In this document: in pieces, positions 1 through 10,929 of the stretch | Layout of the letters: each line of letters begins with the position of its first letter | Numbering within the stretch: the first letter of the stretch is position 1 | Assembly (NCBI GenBank): GCA_965214705.1 | Contig: CBDCCI010000001.1 | Coordinates: 480,001 to 544,000 of the forward strand | Direction: 5' to 3' | Source: Alphaproteobacteria bacterium | GTDB lineage: Bacteria > Pseudomonadota > Alphaproteobacteria > UBA828 | Length of the DNA: 64,000 nt | The notes under the pieces: model-generated | Told to the model about the DNA's origin: nothing | What the model saw: the letters and a program-made list of their open reading frames with translations, nothing else | Databases searched by the model: none | Position numbers and translations under genes: made by a program

Positions 1-870
1 TCGCCGGCGTGTCTGGTACGTATGAGTGCACTAGCGGCACGACTTGCACGGTGACCACCGACGCCGACGGCGACTTGGTTATGGCGGAGAACTGGAGGTT
101 CACGCCCGACTCCAATTTGGCCACGATCAAGGACCCGGATGTCGCTTACGCGTACTTCGGCTGGTGGATGAACGAGCCGAAGGAGAGCGACGATCCGCAC
201 ACTGTCGAGGTCTTCGCGGCCGGCACGGACGGCCATGTGGCTGCTGTCGCCGACACCATTGAGGGCACCGCGACCTATTCGGGTCCGGCGGCCGGCATCT
301 ATCAGACGCAGACTTTCACCGCCGGTGCGCAGACGGAGGCCGCTGTTGGTGATTTCACGGCGACTGCCAGTCTCGTGGCGAAGTTCGGCGATGAAGCCGC
401 GACCGGAACCATCGACGGGACGATCACGGACTTCACGCTGGGCGATGGAACATCCGCTGCTTGGAAGGTGATGTTGGAAGATACCGGCATAAGGCTTATC
501 CCTCTGGCTCCGGTTCCCCAACATGTTGTACCGGCCACCTCGGCGGCGGTATCCGACACGGTCGCAGTTCCTTCCGTGTCTCAATGGGTTGCCCGTAAAG
601 TGCCCAGCGATCCGGCACCCCACATATGGAGAAGCCGGATGTAAGGGGATAAGCCTTACCGGCATAAACGGGGACGGCACCTTCAGCGGTACGAGTGAAG
701 TTGACTTCGGCGGCGGCCCCACCGAGTCGGATGTCGGGTCGTGGGGAGGCTCGTTCTACGATGCTGGCGCGGACCCCGCCGAGGATCAGCCAGGCACGGT
801 CGCGGGCATGTTCGATGCGGTAACGGACACTGCCAGCCTGATCGGCGCATTCGGTGCGACGAAGCAGTAG
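1..870 (+). pseudogene. C-terminal part of a TbpB/transferrin-binding-like beta-barrel surface lipoprotein (Slam cargo), frameshifted by a MITE
   Basis: Motifs YFGWW, ATYSGPAAG, FTATASLVAKF and GSWGGSFY...GMF...GAFGA at the C-terminus. Removing 492-656 plus one 10-bp duplication rejoins ...MLEDTGI-NGDGTFSGTSEV... in frame. The start lies before the window. Confidence 0.75.
492..656. mobile_element. 165-bp MITE
   Basis: Terminal inverted repeats AGGCTTATCCC...GGGATAAGCCT (imperfect to ~28 bp). 10-bp target duplication TACCGGCATA at 482-491 and 657-666. Confidence 0.85.
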
Positions 871-930
871 CCGGATTGGCGGGATCGGGGTCGCCTCGTA
901 AGACCCCGATCCTTTAGGTCCGGACTTCCG

Positions 931-970
931 GAAGAGGGTGGCGGGATGTGCCACCCTCTTCTTCTTTCTC
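931..970 (+). terminator. Rho-independent terminator
   Basis: GAAGAGGGTGGC/GCCACCCTCTTC stem followed by a pyrimidine/T-rich tail, downstream of the lipoprotein stop. Confidence 0.65.
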
Positions 971-984
971 ATTCTCTCTCTGTT

Positions 985-2486
985 GAGCCACTTGCAAAAC
1001 TCCCAGGCGCGGTCTGCTTTTCCCGAGAGCCCGGCGTGAGGACATTGACGGTCGGAACGTAACATGAACTTCGGGACGAGCGGACGTCGCTGGCTGCCGC
1101 CGGGGCGCCGATTCGCCGCAAACCGATGCCCATGCGGGCGCATTTTGGACCCGCCGTCGCGATGCGGACATGGCTTTTTGCGCCTCCGCGGAGGGAGGCG
1201 TGCCGGCGTGACAGCGACGGAGGCGCCGCTCAGGCCAGGAGGCGCATCAGCTGGTCGACCGTCAGCACCAGGATGCCGAACATCAGGTGGCAATGAACCT
1301 TGGCATGGCCGCGCACGCGGACATGGCGGCCCCCGCAGTTGTCCTTCAGCCCACCGTTGATGCGCTCGATGTTCGAGCGCTCGTTGTAGCGCTCGTCCGC
1401 CGGGTGGCGGTGACCGACGCCTCTCTGCGCCCTGGCCTCGCGCGCCAGCTCCTCCTTGTACTCCTTGTCGCGAGGGTTGACGTCGATGATCGGGACGTGG
1501 CCCAGCAGGTAGCTGTGCCAGCCGATCTCGGGCGCGTCATAGGCTGAGTCCATGAGGTCGTACAGATTGGTGACGCGGTCGGCGGTCATACTCGCCAGCG
1601 GGATCGCGGCCTGGCTGTCGTGCAGCGAGGCGGACGTCAGGATGCAACTGATCGGAATGCCGCCATCGGCGGCGTCGATGTGCAGCTTGTAACCGATCCA
1701 CGATGTGGTATGGCCCCTGGCGTTGCGCTTGGTGCCGACGTCGCAGGCTTTCGGCAGGTCGTCGAGCATCTGGGGCAAGCTCATCGTGAGCTGGCGTTTC
1801 ACGCGGCGCTCCTCCTTGGGCCGCTCCTCGCCCTTGCGCGGGCGGCCGCGCTTGCGCTTCGGCTTCTCCGCCTTGGGCTTGGGCTGAGGCTTCTCGCGCG
1901 CCTCGATCGCCGTCGAGTCGCGCGAGACGTGCCCGACCAGATGGTCTCCGAGGGTCTGCTTGATCAGCGCCTCATGCACGCGAGCGGGCAACGCACTCTC
2001 GGAGAACTCCGCAAACGCCCGCGAAAACGTCGCCTCGCTCGGGATCTCTGCGGCATAGGTCCAGCCGCAGAGACGGCGTAGCGTCTTGTCGTTCTCAAGG
2101 CGCTCGATCAGGGCGCGCGTCGTGGGTACGTCGAACACCGCCTTGGCGATGAAGGCGCGGGCCAAGGCCGCCCGATCCTCGACCGGCCGACCGGGCAGGC
2201 CATGGAAATGGGGAAGGAAGCTCTCGACCCGCGCAAGCTCAAGCACGGTGACGAAGCGCCGGTACCTCTCGCCGAGCGGCCCGAGCTCCTCCTCAAGCCA
2301 CGGGAAAAGATCCGCTTGAATGTGATGCCAGAATCCGGATAGTGTCTGTCCCAGCGACATGGGGCCGCCCTCTCCGTCGACGTTGTCCGAAACCCGACAG
2401 GAACAGAGAGCGGTCCCGATTTCCAGGACAATCTGACCGCCACGGCGGCAAAATCCCGCTCAAATGCGGAATTTTGCAAGTGGCTC
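985..2486 (-). mobile_element. IS1182/IS5-like insertion sequence, 1,502 bp
   Basis: IRs GAGCCACTTGCAAAA at 985 and its complement ending at 2486. 4-bp duplication TGTT (981-984, 2487-2490). Single DDE transposase. Confidence 0.85.
1230..2360 (-). CDS. DDE transposase (DUF772 + DDE_Tnp_1 type)
   Basis: 376 aa with SRDSTAI, GYKLH, MDSAYD and Y..RS.IER.NG.LK motifs. Confidence 0.88.
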   Translation of the reverse strand: MSLGQTLSGFWHHIQADLFPWLEEELGPLGERYRRFVTVLELARVESFLPHFHGLPGRPVEDRAALARAFIAKAVFDVPTTRALIERLENDKTLRRLCGWTYAAEIPSEATFSRAFAEFSESALPARVHEALIKQTLGDHLVGHVSRDSTAIEAREKPQPKPKAEKPKRKRGRPRKGEERPKEERRVKRQLTMSLPQMLDDLPKACDVGTKRNARGHTTSWIGYKLHIDAADGGIPISCILTSASLHDSQAAIPLASMTADRVTNLYDLMDSAYDAPEIGWHSYLLGHVPIIDVNPRDKEYKEELAREARAQRGVGHRHPADERYNERSNIERINGGLKDNCGGRHVRVRGHAKVHCHLMFGILVLTVDQLMRLLA

Positions 2487-2514
2487 TGTTGAGTTCCGTC
2501 CGAGGCCTGCTGCG

Positions 2515-3909
2515 ATGATGTTTGCCCCGCTTTGCCGTGCCCTCGCGTTTGCCGCTTGCCTGTTGCTCGCCCTCCCGGCCTGGGGCGCCACGGAGCAGGC
2601 GGCAGGTGAGTTCTCTGCACAGTCCGCCCCCGCGCTGCCGGGCTTGGCGTCGGCGCAAGCGCTGGTCGATGAAGGCCGCTTCGGGGAGGCGTTGACCATC
2701 CTGAATGCGCTGGCACAGGACTATCCCGACCATCCCCGGCGCACCGATGTCCTCTTCCTGCTGGGCCTGGCGGCGACCCAGGCATCGCTGAACCCCGATC
2801 TCCCGGAGGGGCGGCGGGAGCTTCTGCTGAGCCTCGCCATCGCGTCCTTCCGCGTCATCCTGATCGATCGGCCCGCGCTCGTGCGGGTGCGTCTGGAGCT
2901 GGCCCGCGCCTTCTTCCTCAAGGGCGAGGACAGCCTGTCGCAGCGCCACTTCGAGCGGGTGCTGGCCGGCGACCCGCCTGAGGCGGTGGTCGCCAACGTC
3001 CGACATTTCCTGAACCGGATCAGGGCACGGCGGCGCTGGAGCTTCAGCCTTGGCGCCGCCATCGCGCCCGATACCAATATCGGCGGCGGCTCGGACGAGC
3101 GCACCATCTATATCTTCGGTTTGCCGTTCGAGCGCGACATCGAGGAGCTGACCACGTCGGGCATAGGCCTCTCGGTGTGGGGCGGCGCCGAGTATCAGTA
3201 TCCGCTGAGCGAGCGGGTGCGGCTGCGCAGCGGCGCCAATCTCTCGCGGCGGGAGCACGAGGGATCGCGGTTCGACGAGGTTTTCGCGTCGGTCCATCTC
3301 GGGCCTCGCCTGCTGCTGGGCGAGCGCACGGAGGCGAGCGTGCTGGCCACCGCGAGCCAGCGCTGGGCCGGCACGGTGAAGGATCGACACGCCCTCGGCG
3401 GGCGCGTCGAGGTGGGGCACCGGGTCAACCGTGCGGTGACGGTGAACGGGCGGGTCGCCTGGGAGGACCGGCACCATCGAACGGGGACGAGCCGGGACGG
3501 GCCGGCTCTGGATGTGTCGCTGGGCGGCGCCTGGGTGATCGCGCCCACGGTTCGGGCGGATGTGTCTGCGGGGTATGGGCGTGAGCGCCCGGAGGTGATG
3601 CGCGATCGCCATGAGAGGTATCGCGTTGGCGCGGGCGTTTCGGTGCTCCTGCCGCTGGGCTTCACGGTGAGCGGCGGCGGGGACTATCGCTGGACGGACT
3701 TCGAGGCGGGGTGGCACCCGTACGTGCCGGACAACGGGGCGCGCGAGGACCGGACGTGGAGCGCGCGGGCGTCGGTGTACAACCGTGGGATCACCCTCTA
3801 CGGCTTCAGCCCGGCGGTGGGGGTGGTTCACGAGGTCCGCAAGACCAACGCACAGCTCTACGACTACGAGCGCACGCGGGGCGAGCTTCGCTTCGTGCGC
3901 CAGTTCTAG
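2515..3909 (+). CDS. Surface lipoprotein assembly modifier (Slam; TPR + DUF560 beta-barrel)
   Basis: Signal peptide, TPR segment RVRLELARAFF, APDTNI motif, terminal Phe. Lies next to a TbpB-like cargo gene. Confidence 0.85.
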   Translation: MMFAPLCRALAFAACLLLALPAWGATEQAAGEFSAQSAPALPGLASAQALVDEGRFGEALTILNALAQDYPDHPRRTDVLFLLGLAATQASLNPDLPEGRRELLLSLAIASFRVILIDRPALVRVRLELARAFFLKGEDSLSQRHFERVLAGDPPEAVVANVRHFLNRIRARRRWSFSLGAAIAPDTNIGGGSDERTIYIFGLPFERDIEELTTSGIGLSVWGGAEYQYPLSERVRLRSGANLSRREHEGSRFDEVFASVHLGPRLLLGERTEASVLATASQRWAGTVKDRHALGGRVEVGHRVNRAVTVNGRVAWEDRHHRTGTSRDGPALDVSLGGAWVIAPTVRADVSAGYGRERPEVMRDRHERYRVGAGVSVLLPLGFTVSGGGDYRWTDFEAGWHPYVPDNGAREDRTWSARASVYNRGITLYGFSPAVGVVHEVRKTNAQLYDYERTRGELRFVRQF

Positions 3910-3971
3910 TCACCGGGCGGCCCGAAGCGGCGGCGTTGGCGGGGCGGCGGCGCCATGAGCACACTGCATCG

Positions 3972-5078
3972 ATGGGCCTGACGGGTCTCGGGGCACGCCT
4001 TGGGTTGTCGGGCGGTTCCCCTGCGAGGCGGACACGAGGCCGGACCGGCCGGTGTCTCGGCTTGGCGTGCGCGCTGCTCCTCTGCGTATGCCTGCCGGGC
4101 GCGGCCGCCTCCGAAGAGGTGGGCTTTCGCAGCATGGCGACGCCGCTGCGCATGGTGAACCTGAACCCGTTTCACCTCGCGTACGGTGTGCCGGGGTCCC
4201 TCGGCGCCCGCGTGATGCCGGCGGGCTCGTCGGAGCTGATCGCATCGCTGGACATGGCGTCGCATCTGCGCGCGGCCAGTTCCGGAGCGGAGCGGGTGCT
4301 GATGGACGGGGAGACCTACCGGCGGGCGCTCACGCTGCGGCATGGTCTGGGAGACGGCTGGGAGTATCTGCTCGACGTCCCCGTCGTTGCGCACAGCGGC
4401 GGCGTTTTCGACGGCTTCATCGAGAGCTGGCATGACGCCTTCGGCCTGCCCCAGGGCGCGCGGGACCGTGCGCCGCGCGATCGGCTGGCGCTCTTCTACG
4501 CCGATGACGAGGGACCCCGTGTGGACATCGATCGCAGTGTCTTCTCCCTCGGGGATGTGAGCCTCGGGGTCGGCTACGCCTTGTCGCCCGCGCCGCTGTC
4601 GAATGACGGCATGGCGGTCCGGGCGGTTGTGAAGCTTCCGAGCGGCGACGAGGACGCATTGGCCGGTTCGGGAGGCTTTTCGGCCTCGGTCTGGGCCGAG
4701 ACCTCGGGAGCATTGTCGGGCTCGGCCGGCTCCCGCGCCTGGCTATATGCCGCGACGCTGGGGGCTCTCGTGGGCGAGGCCCCGGAGAACCTTTCGGACC
4801 TCGGCGGCCGCTTCATCGCCTTCGGGCGCTTCGGCGTGACCTGGCGGGCGCTCAGGGATCTGCGGCTGACGGTGCAGGTCGACGCCCATTCGTCGCCCTA
4901 CGGCGCCTCCGCCCTGTCTCCGCTCTCGGACGCGGCCGTCATGGTGGGGCTGGGAGGGACGCTGAGACTCAGCGAGCGCGTGGAGCTCGACATCGCCGTC
5001 ACGGAGGACGACGGCACTTGGCACGCCGCACCCGACATTGGCCTGCACGTCGCCATGCGGTGGCGGCTGCATGATTGA
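3972..5078 (+). CDS. DUF3187 family outer-membrane protein (start uncertain)
   Basis: NLNPF, DGET, GGVFDGFIESWHDAFGLPQG and GDVSL motifs. Confidence 0.75.
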   Translation: MGLTGLGARLGLSGGSPARRTRGRTGRCLGLACALLLCVCLPGAAASEEVGFRSMATPLRMVNLNPFHLAYGVPGSLGARVMPAGSSELIASLDMASHLRAASSGAERVLMDGETYRRALTLRHGLGDGWEYLLDVPVVAHSGGVFDGFIESWHDAFGLPQGARDRAPRDRLALFYADDEGPRVDIDRSVFSLGDVSLGVGYALSPAPLSNDGMAVRAVVKLPSGDEDALAGSGGFSASVWAETSGALSGSAGSRAWLYAATLGALVGEAPENLSDLGGRFIAFGRFGVTWRALRDLRLTVQVDAHSSPYGASALSPLSDAAVMVGLGGTLRLSERVELDIAVTEDDGTWHAAPDIGLHVAMRWRLHD

Positions 5079-5338
5079 ACCGGGAGGACCGTCATCGCGA
5101 GAGCGCACGCGCCATGCATGTTGCCCTCGCCCGGCTGCCCTTGCCCGCAGCACTCAGGCCGAACCCGCCGCGTTCACGCGGTCGGTTGCTGAATGTGGCC
5201 CCGATACCATCAAGGTGTGCTCGCTCCCGAGTGCGGCCCGTCGTTCCAGGCGCAGCCCCGCTTGGCGTCCTCCATATGCGTCTTCTTGTCGGATGGGGCG
5301 CCGCCTCTTTCACCATAGCAGCGGGAAGGAAATCCAGC

Positions 5339-5923
5339 ATGACCAGATGGATCTCTGCGCTTGCGGCGCTGTTGTGCGGCCTCGGTCTTGTCCCGGTCGC
5401 TCACGCAGAGGACCGCCACGCCGACCGCATCCATGTCGGGATCGGCTATCGGCACGTCTTCATCGACGGCGAGACAATGACTGCCGATGGCGACACTGTG
5501 ACCATACCGGACTTCGAGCACAGGGTGATCGTTCTGCGGGCCGGCTACGATCTCCGGCCCTTCTTCGCGATTGAGGCCGAGGTCATGACGAGTGTCGCGG
5601 AGACGGAGTTGGCAGCCGGCACGCCGGCCGGCGACATCCCGTTCAGCACGCGCATCCTTCATGGTCTCGGCGTCTTCGGGAAGGTCCGGCATGAGATAGC
5701 GGAAGGCGTTTCAATGCACGCGCGGGTTGGTGGGGCGGTCATGAAGACGGAAGCGTCGGCCTTCGGGGTCTCGACGTCAGACACAGGCGAGGGCCTGGCC
5801 TACGGGGCAGGCGGTGAGGTCCGTCTGAGCGAGTGGGCGAGCCTGCGGGTGGACTGGACTCAATACCGCGAGGACGGCGAGACGGCCGATGCAGTGTCGC
5901 TCGCCGCCGTCACCCGCTTCTGA
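5339..5923 (+). CDS. Small outer-membrane beta-barrel (OmpA-like transmembrane/porin family)
   Basis: Signal peptide ending AHA, amphipathic strands, YGAGGE motif, terminal Phe. Confidence 0.8.
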   Translation: MTRWISALAALLCGLGLVPVAHAEDRHADRIHVGIGYRHVFIDGETMTADGDTVTIPDFEHRVIVLRAGYDLRPFFAIEAEVMTSVAETELAAGTPAGDIPFSTRILHGLGVFGKVRHEIAEGVSMHARVGGAVMKTEASAFGVSTSDTGEGLAYGAGGEVRLSEWASLRVDWTQYREDGETADAVSLAAVTRF

Positions 5924-7025
5924 CGACCGATCCACCCTGCCCCTGTCAACGGGCCGTGGCACATTCGCGCGAAATACGCGAGGCTGACCGGACAAGACCA
6001 GCGTATGTCAATGTATTTCTCTCTGAGAGCTATGAATGAATTTCAGTGCGATAGTGGCGTATTTCAATGAGATTCTCTCGTTCCAACGCTCCTGTCATGA
6101 CACTTGTCATACCAGGGCGTACTGGAGCGTAGCTGTGACGGCGCATGTCATCGATTTGTCGGTCCTGCATCAACGATGCGTGGGGTGTGAGAGTAAAAAA
6201 CGCCTCAAGGCGTAGGACAGGGACTACAGGATGCGAGAAAATCCTTCAGGGCCAGCCCTTTAGATGGCACCATAAGGACACCGTAGCCATAATTCGGGAG
6301 CTATCGGGCTGCACCGCAAGAGAGGACATAGTTCCGATACAAGATCGCGGAATGTCACGTGTATACAGTGGCTTGCTCTCGCGCACTTCAATGAATGTCG
6401 CGCGAAATGAGGCGCAACCCAAACGTCATTCGTTCGAAACCGGCTGCAATTTCGCCAGAGGTGAGCTGAGCCGTATCTCGGAGCCGAAGAGGCCGGCGAC
6501 GATGGCGACACTGCAGGGAGAGATCGCCGTGTGTCGAGATTGTGTCCCGAGCGGAGTGGGCCGGATTGCGAGCACGAGGCGGTGCTCAGTGTCCGGGCAT
6601 CGGCGCAGTTGACCGATCGCATTCCGGGCCGGCACTGACGAGGGGCTGGAACACACTGAGGACACATGGAGGAACGGAGATGCCGGGACGATCGTCGGCG
6701 TTGCCGACGGCAAGCGCGGGGCACGCGATCATGGTCGGCGCAGTTGACGGATCGCTTCTGTCGATGGTCGTGCCGAGAGGAGCGACGGATGAAGGAATCG
6801 AAACCTCGGCATCGACGCTCGGGATGGTGGCCGGTCGTCGGCACGGGCGCGAGCTGCGCGCAGAGGCGGTCGCACTCGTGCTCGCGCCGGTGCGGCGCCT
6901 GGTGATGCTCATGCTGCAGGTGCGGGATTTCCGGACGACGCTCGTCGCCGGCACGGGTTGCGCGCGGGGTGCTCACGGGTGGAACCGCGGCTGCGCGGGG
7001 TAGAAGACGGCTCGCGTTCGCCGAG

Positions 7026-7530
7026 TGACGCCGAGGGTGCACGCGGGCCGTGCAGTCCGTAAGCCGAAGGTGAACTGCGGCACGATATCGGCGGCCGCAC
7101 TCGCTGGTGCACCATGACCATCTTCATCGCCATGGTCATCGTCATCGCTGCATGCGAGGGCGCGTGCAGCGATGGGGGTGCCGGCGTTGGGAACGACAAT
7201 GGAGGCGGGCGTGAGCCTGCGGCAACCGGGCGAGGGTCGCGGCCGAACGGCAAGCGGGAGGGGTTGCAGACGCTCGCGCTCGCGATCGGCGCAGCGAGCC
7301 GCTGGCCATGATCGTCACGAGTGCCGGGCTCGGTGACGTCGGGCCGTTCAGGCGCGACGGCATCGATGTCCGTCGAACCGCGGAGGCGCTCGTCGCCATC
7401 GGCGACGGCGCTGACGCCGAGGGTGCGCGCGTGACTTGCAGTTCGGCGGTCGAAGATGGTCTGCGGCACGATGCCGGCGGCCGCACTCGCTGGTGCACCA
7501 TGGCCATGTTCGTCGCCCTGATCGTCGTCA
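7026..7530. repeat. Degenerate ~120-bp direct repeat (7026-7144 / 7412-7530)
   Basis: Shared core CGGCGGCCGCACTCGCTGGTGCACCATG, copies 386 bp apart. Confidence 0.7.
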
Positions 7531-7758
7531 CCGGCACGAGCGGGAGCACGCGCAGTCCATGCGCGGGCCGCTGCAGCGACCGCGGACGGCGCCTGCGCGA
7601 AGCGCGGCGACGCCGGCGTTCGAGCGCGCACTCGGGTCGGCGGTGCGCGGTCCGACGGGCGAGCGCACAGGCCGACGCTGATGACGCCCGTCGTGAAACA
7701 CGACGAAAGCGGCCGATCCCGCATTGGGGATCGGCCGCTTCGTTGAGGCGCGCGCTGA

Positions 7759-8682
7759 TTACGCGGCCTGTATCTGCATGACCGGTATGCCCAGCGTGCG
7801 AGCTTTGTCGACGAGGTTGCCGGTGATGCCGGAGCCTGGGAAGGCGATGACGCCCTTGGGCAGCAGGTTGAGCAGCTCGTCGTTGCGGCGGAAGGGCGCG
7901 GCCTTGCCGTGCGCGCTCCAGTCGGGGCGGCAGACGACCTGGTTGACGCCTCTGGCTTCTGCCCAGCTCGCGGCGATCTTCTCGACGCCGGGACCGCCAC
8001 CATGCAGCAGCACCATGTCGCCGTACTTCGCGCGCGCCATGTCGAGCGTGCTCCAGACCGCGTCGGCATTGCTGACGGTCTTGCCGCCGGTGACGGCGAC
8101 CAGGGTGCCCTCGGGCAGGTGGGCGCGGGTCTCGCGGTCCTTGCGCGCTCTGCGGAAGTCGCGGGCATCGATGGCGGCGGAGGTGAGCTGTCCGGTCTGG
8201 CTCGTGTGCGAGCCGTGCCTCGGGCGCCATGTGTCGCCGGTCTCGACGCGGTAGGCGTCGGCGGCGAGGTCGCGGAGCTTCTCGAAGGCGTCGCGCCGAT
8301 CACCGAGGTTCTGGGCGCGGTCGGTCATGGTCTGCAGCTCCCACGCCTTCACCTCGGAGCCGTCCTGCGCCTTCTCGAGGTCGCGCATCTCGGGCGCGAT
8401 GCGGTCGACGGCGCGGTCGAGGCGTGTGACCTGGCTGTGCAGCATGTTGGTCAGGCCCCACATGAGCGGCTCGCGCTCGTCGGCCATCTGCGTGCCGTCT
8501 ACGGTGATGCCGTCGACGATGACGCGGATGGCTTCGTTCAGCGCGTCGATGGCATCGTCCTCGTCCCAGACGACCCTGCTGTCGAGCTCTCCGCGCTCGG
8601 GCGCTGCGCCGTAGAGGGCCATGCCCTCGCAAACGGTGGCAGTGGAAGAAGCTGATGCGGTAGTGCTGGTCGTGTCGATCAT
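7759..8682 (-). CDS. DUF2493 (SLOG/YspA-like) domain protein typical of alphaproteobacterial ICE/plasmids
   Basis: WRPRHGS, VAVTGG, LLHGG, AAPFRRN and AFPGSGITGNL motifs. RBS CAGGAG. Confidence 0.88.
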   Translation of the reverse strand: MIDTTSTTASASSTATVCEGMALYGAAPERGELDSRVVWDEDDAIDALNEAIRVIVDGITVDGTQMADEREPLMWGLTNMLHSQVTRLDRAVDRIAPEMRDLEKAQDGSEVKAWELQTMTDRAQNLGDRRDAFEKLRDLAADAYRVETGDTWRPRHGSHTSQTGQLTSAAIDARDFRRARKDRETRAHLPEGTLVAVTGGKTVSNADAVWSTLDMARAKYGDMVLLHGGGPGVEKIAASWAEARGVNQVVCRPDWSAHGKAAPFRRNDELLNLLPKGVIAFPGSGITGNLVDKARTLGIPVMQIQAA

Positions 8683-10929
8683 GACGATCTCCTGTTGGTT
8701 CAACCTCCGGGACCCTGTGCCCCGTGGTGATGTCCTTTGTGATTCACGCGCGCGCAGGGGCAGCACCTGGCCCTGGGAAGTCTTGGGCGGGAGTCGGTGC
8801 GGAAGTTCGGCGAGTTGGTGCGGAAGATGGCGCCGCCGTGCCGGTGGGAACGGTGTTCCGCAGCAAATCCATTCCAGTGGTCATTACGGCGCCGTGCCGG
8901 GCGGGCCCGCTTGGGCCTGCCCGGCGTCTAGGCGCCGCCTTGAATGGTTCCGCGAATGGATTTGAGGCGGTGCAGCGTGACGCGTCGGCCCCGCGCGAGG
9001 GGCCGGCGCGCTGCGAGACGCGGCAGTTGGCGATTACGCGCAAGCCATCTTCACGGTCGCCGAACTTCACGGCCCGCCTTAGACTTCCTTGGGTCAGGCC
9101 GCAGGGAGCGGAGCGACCGGAGGACCCGCAGGGTTGCTGTCGCGAGCACGTGTGAAATCCTCGGACATCACGACGGAGTGCGCTGTGAATACCAAGTAGG
9201 AGGAAAGCATGAAGTAAACCAAACACTTGGTAGTGCTGATGATCGACCGGTGGCTGAAACGCCACCCTGCCTGACGAGGGGTGTTGGGCGGAAGGGGATC
9301 GCTAAGCTCCGCCGGTTTCCGACGGTGGGGCGAAAGAGCTGCGATCTGAACTGTACCGGGTGCGGGCCGTCGCTCGCGGGCCGGGCTACCACAGGACCTA
9401 TGGCGAGGTTGAACGAAGCACGTGACGGAAGCCTCTTTATTTAGATGTCCAACCCTCAATGGCCCGACGGGGCGGAGGGAGCGCGGTGAGAGCCGGTTGG
9501 TCTTCCGTCTGCCGACTGGCGGGTGTGTTGAACGCACCCGGGTACGGGTCAACCCTTCTATCCCGAACCCCAGAGCTGCAAGGGGTATAGCGTGCCGCCT
9601 AAGGGTCTCAGGTTTGTCATCGGAACACAGGAACCCATGCTGTTCGCCCGGCACGGAACCGGGCTAGCCGCGGAGAACGGAGACGGGCCGCATGGGGGCG
9701 GAGCCCTCGTAGTAGTCGGAGTGCGGGAAAGCCGCATACATGGCGAAGGGGGGCAGAAGGTGGATCGGCTATCGACTGACGGAGGAACTATCCGTGGACT
9801 CGGATAATCAGGCCGACATGGCCTGGTGGCTCCTCAACGTGCAGCGGAAGTTGTATCGGTGGAGTAAGGAGACGCCTGAAGGCGCTTACGGCGATGTGTG
9901 GAACTGGGAGCCACTTGCAAAACTCCCACCGATCCGCGCAATCTTCGCTGTGCATGGCACTCGATTGCCCAGAACAAGGGCAGACGAACGCCGGGCGTCG
10001 ACGGGCTGACGGTGGCGAGCATTGCCGCTGGCGATGGAGGTGTACCGCTCTTTCTGGACGAGCTTCGGGAGGCGCTGCGCGATGGCAGCTACCGACCGTC
10101 GCCCGCCCGGCGGAAGTGGATTCCGAAGCCGGGCAAGCCGGGGAAGTTCCGACCCCTTGGTATCCCCACCGTTGCTGACCGCGTGGTGCAATGCGCGGTC
10201 AAGAACATCCTGGAGCCAATTTTCGAGGCGCGTTTCTGGCAGGTCTCCTACGGGTTCAGGCCCGGACGGGGCTGCCATGGCGCACTCGAACATATCCGGC
10301 TGACCACTCGGACTCACAAGTCGAGAACCGATGGGAAGCTTCGCGACCCTCCCTATCAATGGGTGATTGAAGGCGACATCGAGGGCTGCTTCGACAACAT
10401 CGGCCATCACTACCTGATGGAGCGCGTACGGAAATCCGTCGCGGACCGGAAGGTCAACAGGCTGATCGTGCGGTTCCTCAAAGCCGGGGTATTGGAGGAC
10501 GTCAACTACAATCCGACAACCACCGGCACGCCTCAAGGGGGTGTCCTGTCTCCCCTGCTGGCCAACATCGCGCTGAGCGCGATCGAGGAGCGGTACTGGT
10601 GGTGGGTGAGGCACCCGCATGATCCCAATATCCGGACTGACGGAAGGCGGATGGCCGCGACACGGCGATTTCGGGACAGGGAGGCCGGGCGAACGGTCTT
10701 GAACGAAGCCGCTACGCGGAGTTAGCGGCGTAGAGTTCATTCATTTCCGAGGCGTCGCGGGTGCCGTTTGTTCTGTGCGTTCGCTTCCCGGTTGCGTCAG
10801 TGGCGCTCCGCCCGTCGGGTGGCGGATCCCCAGCAGCCTCCCGATCACCAGTGGTTAGCATCGACCCCTGCGACGGACCGTCGCCGGATCGGTCCGGCGG
10901 CGCGCCGTCGCGATCCAGGGAGATCGATA

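Noticed and set aside
9150-9154. GTGTG as the group II intron 5' end
   Set aside because: EBS1/EBS2 complementarity fits the exon ending at 9177, so GTGCG at 9178 is preferred.
10699-10700. TT or CTT as a target-site duplication of element A
   Set aside because: Copies 2 and 5 are followed by AT, not TT, while their left ends still start with TT, so the TT is part of the element.
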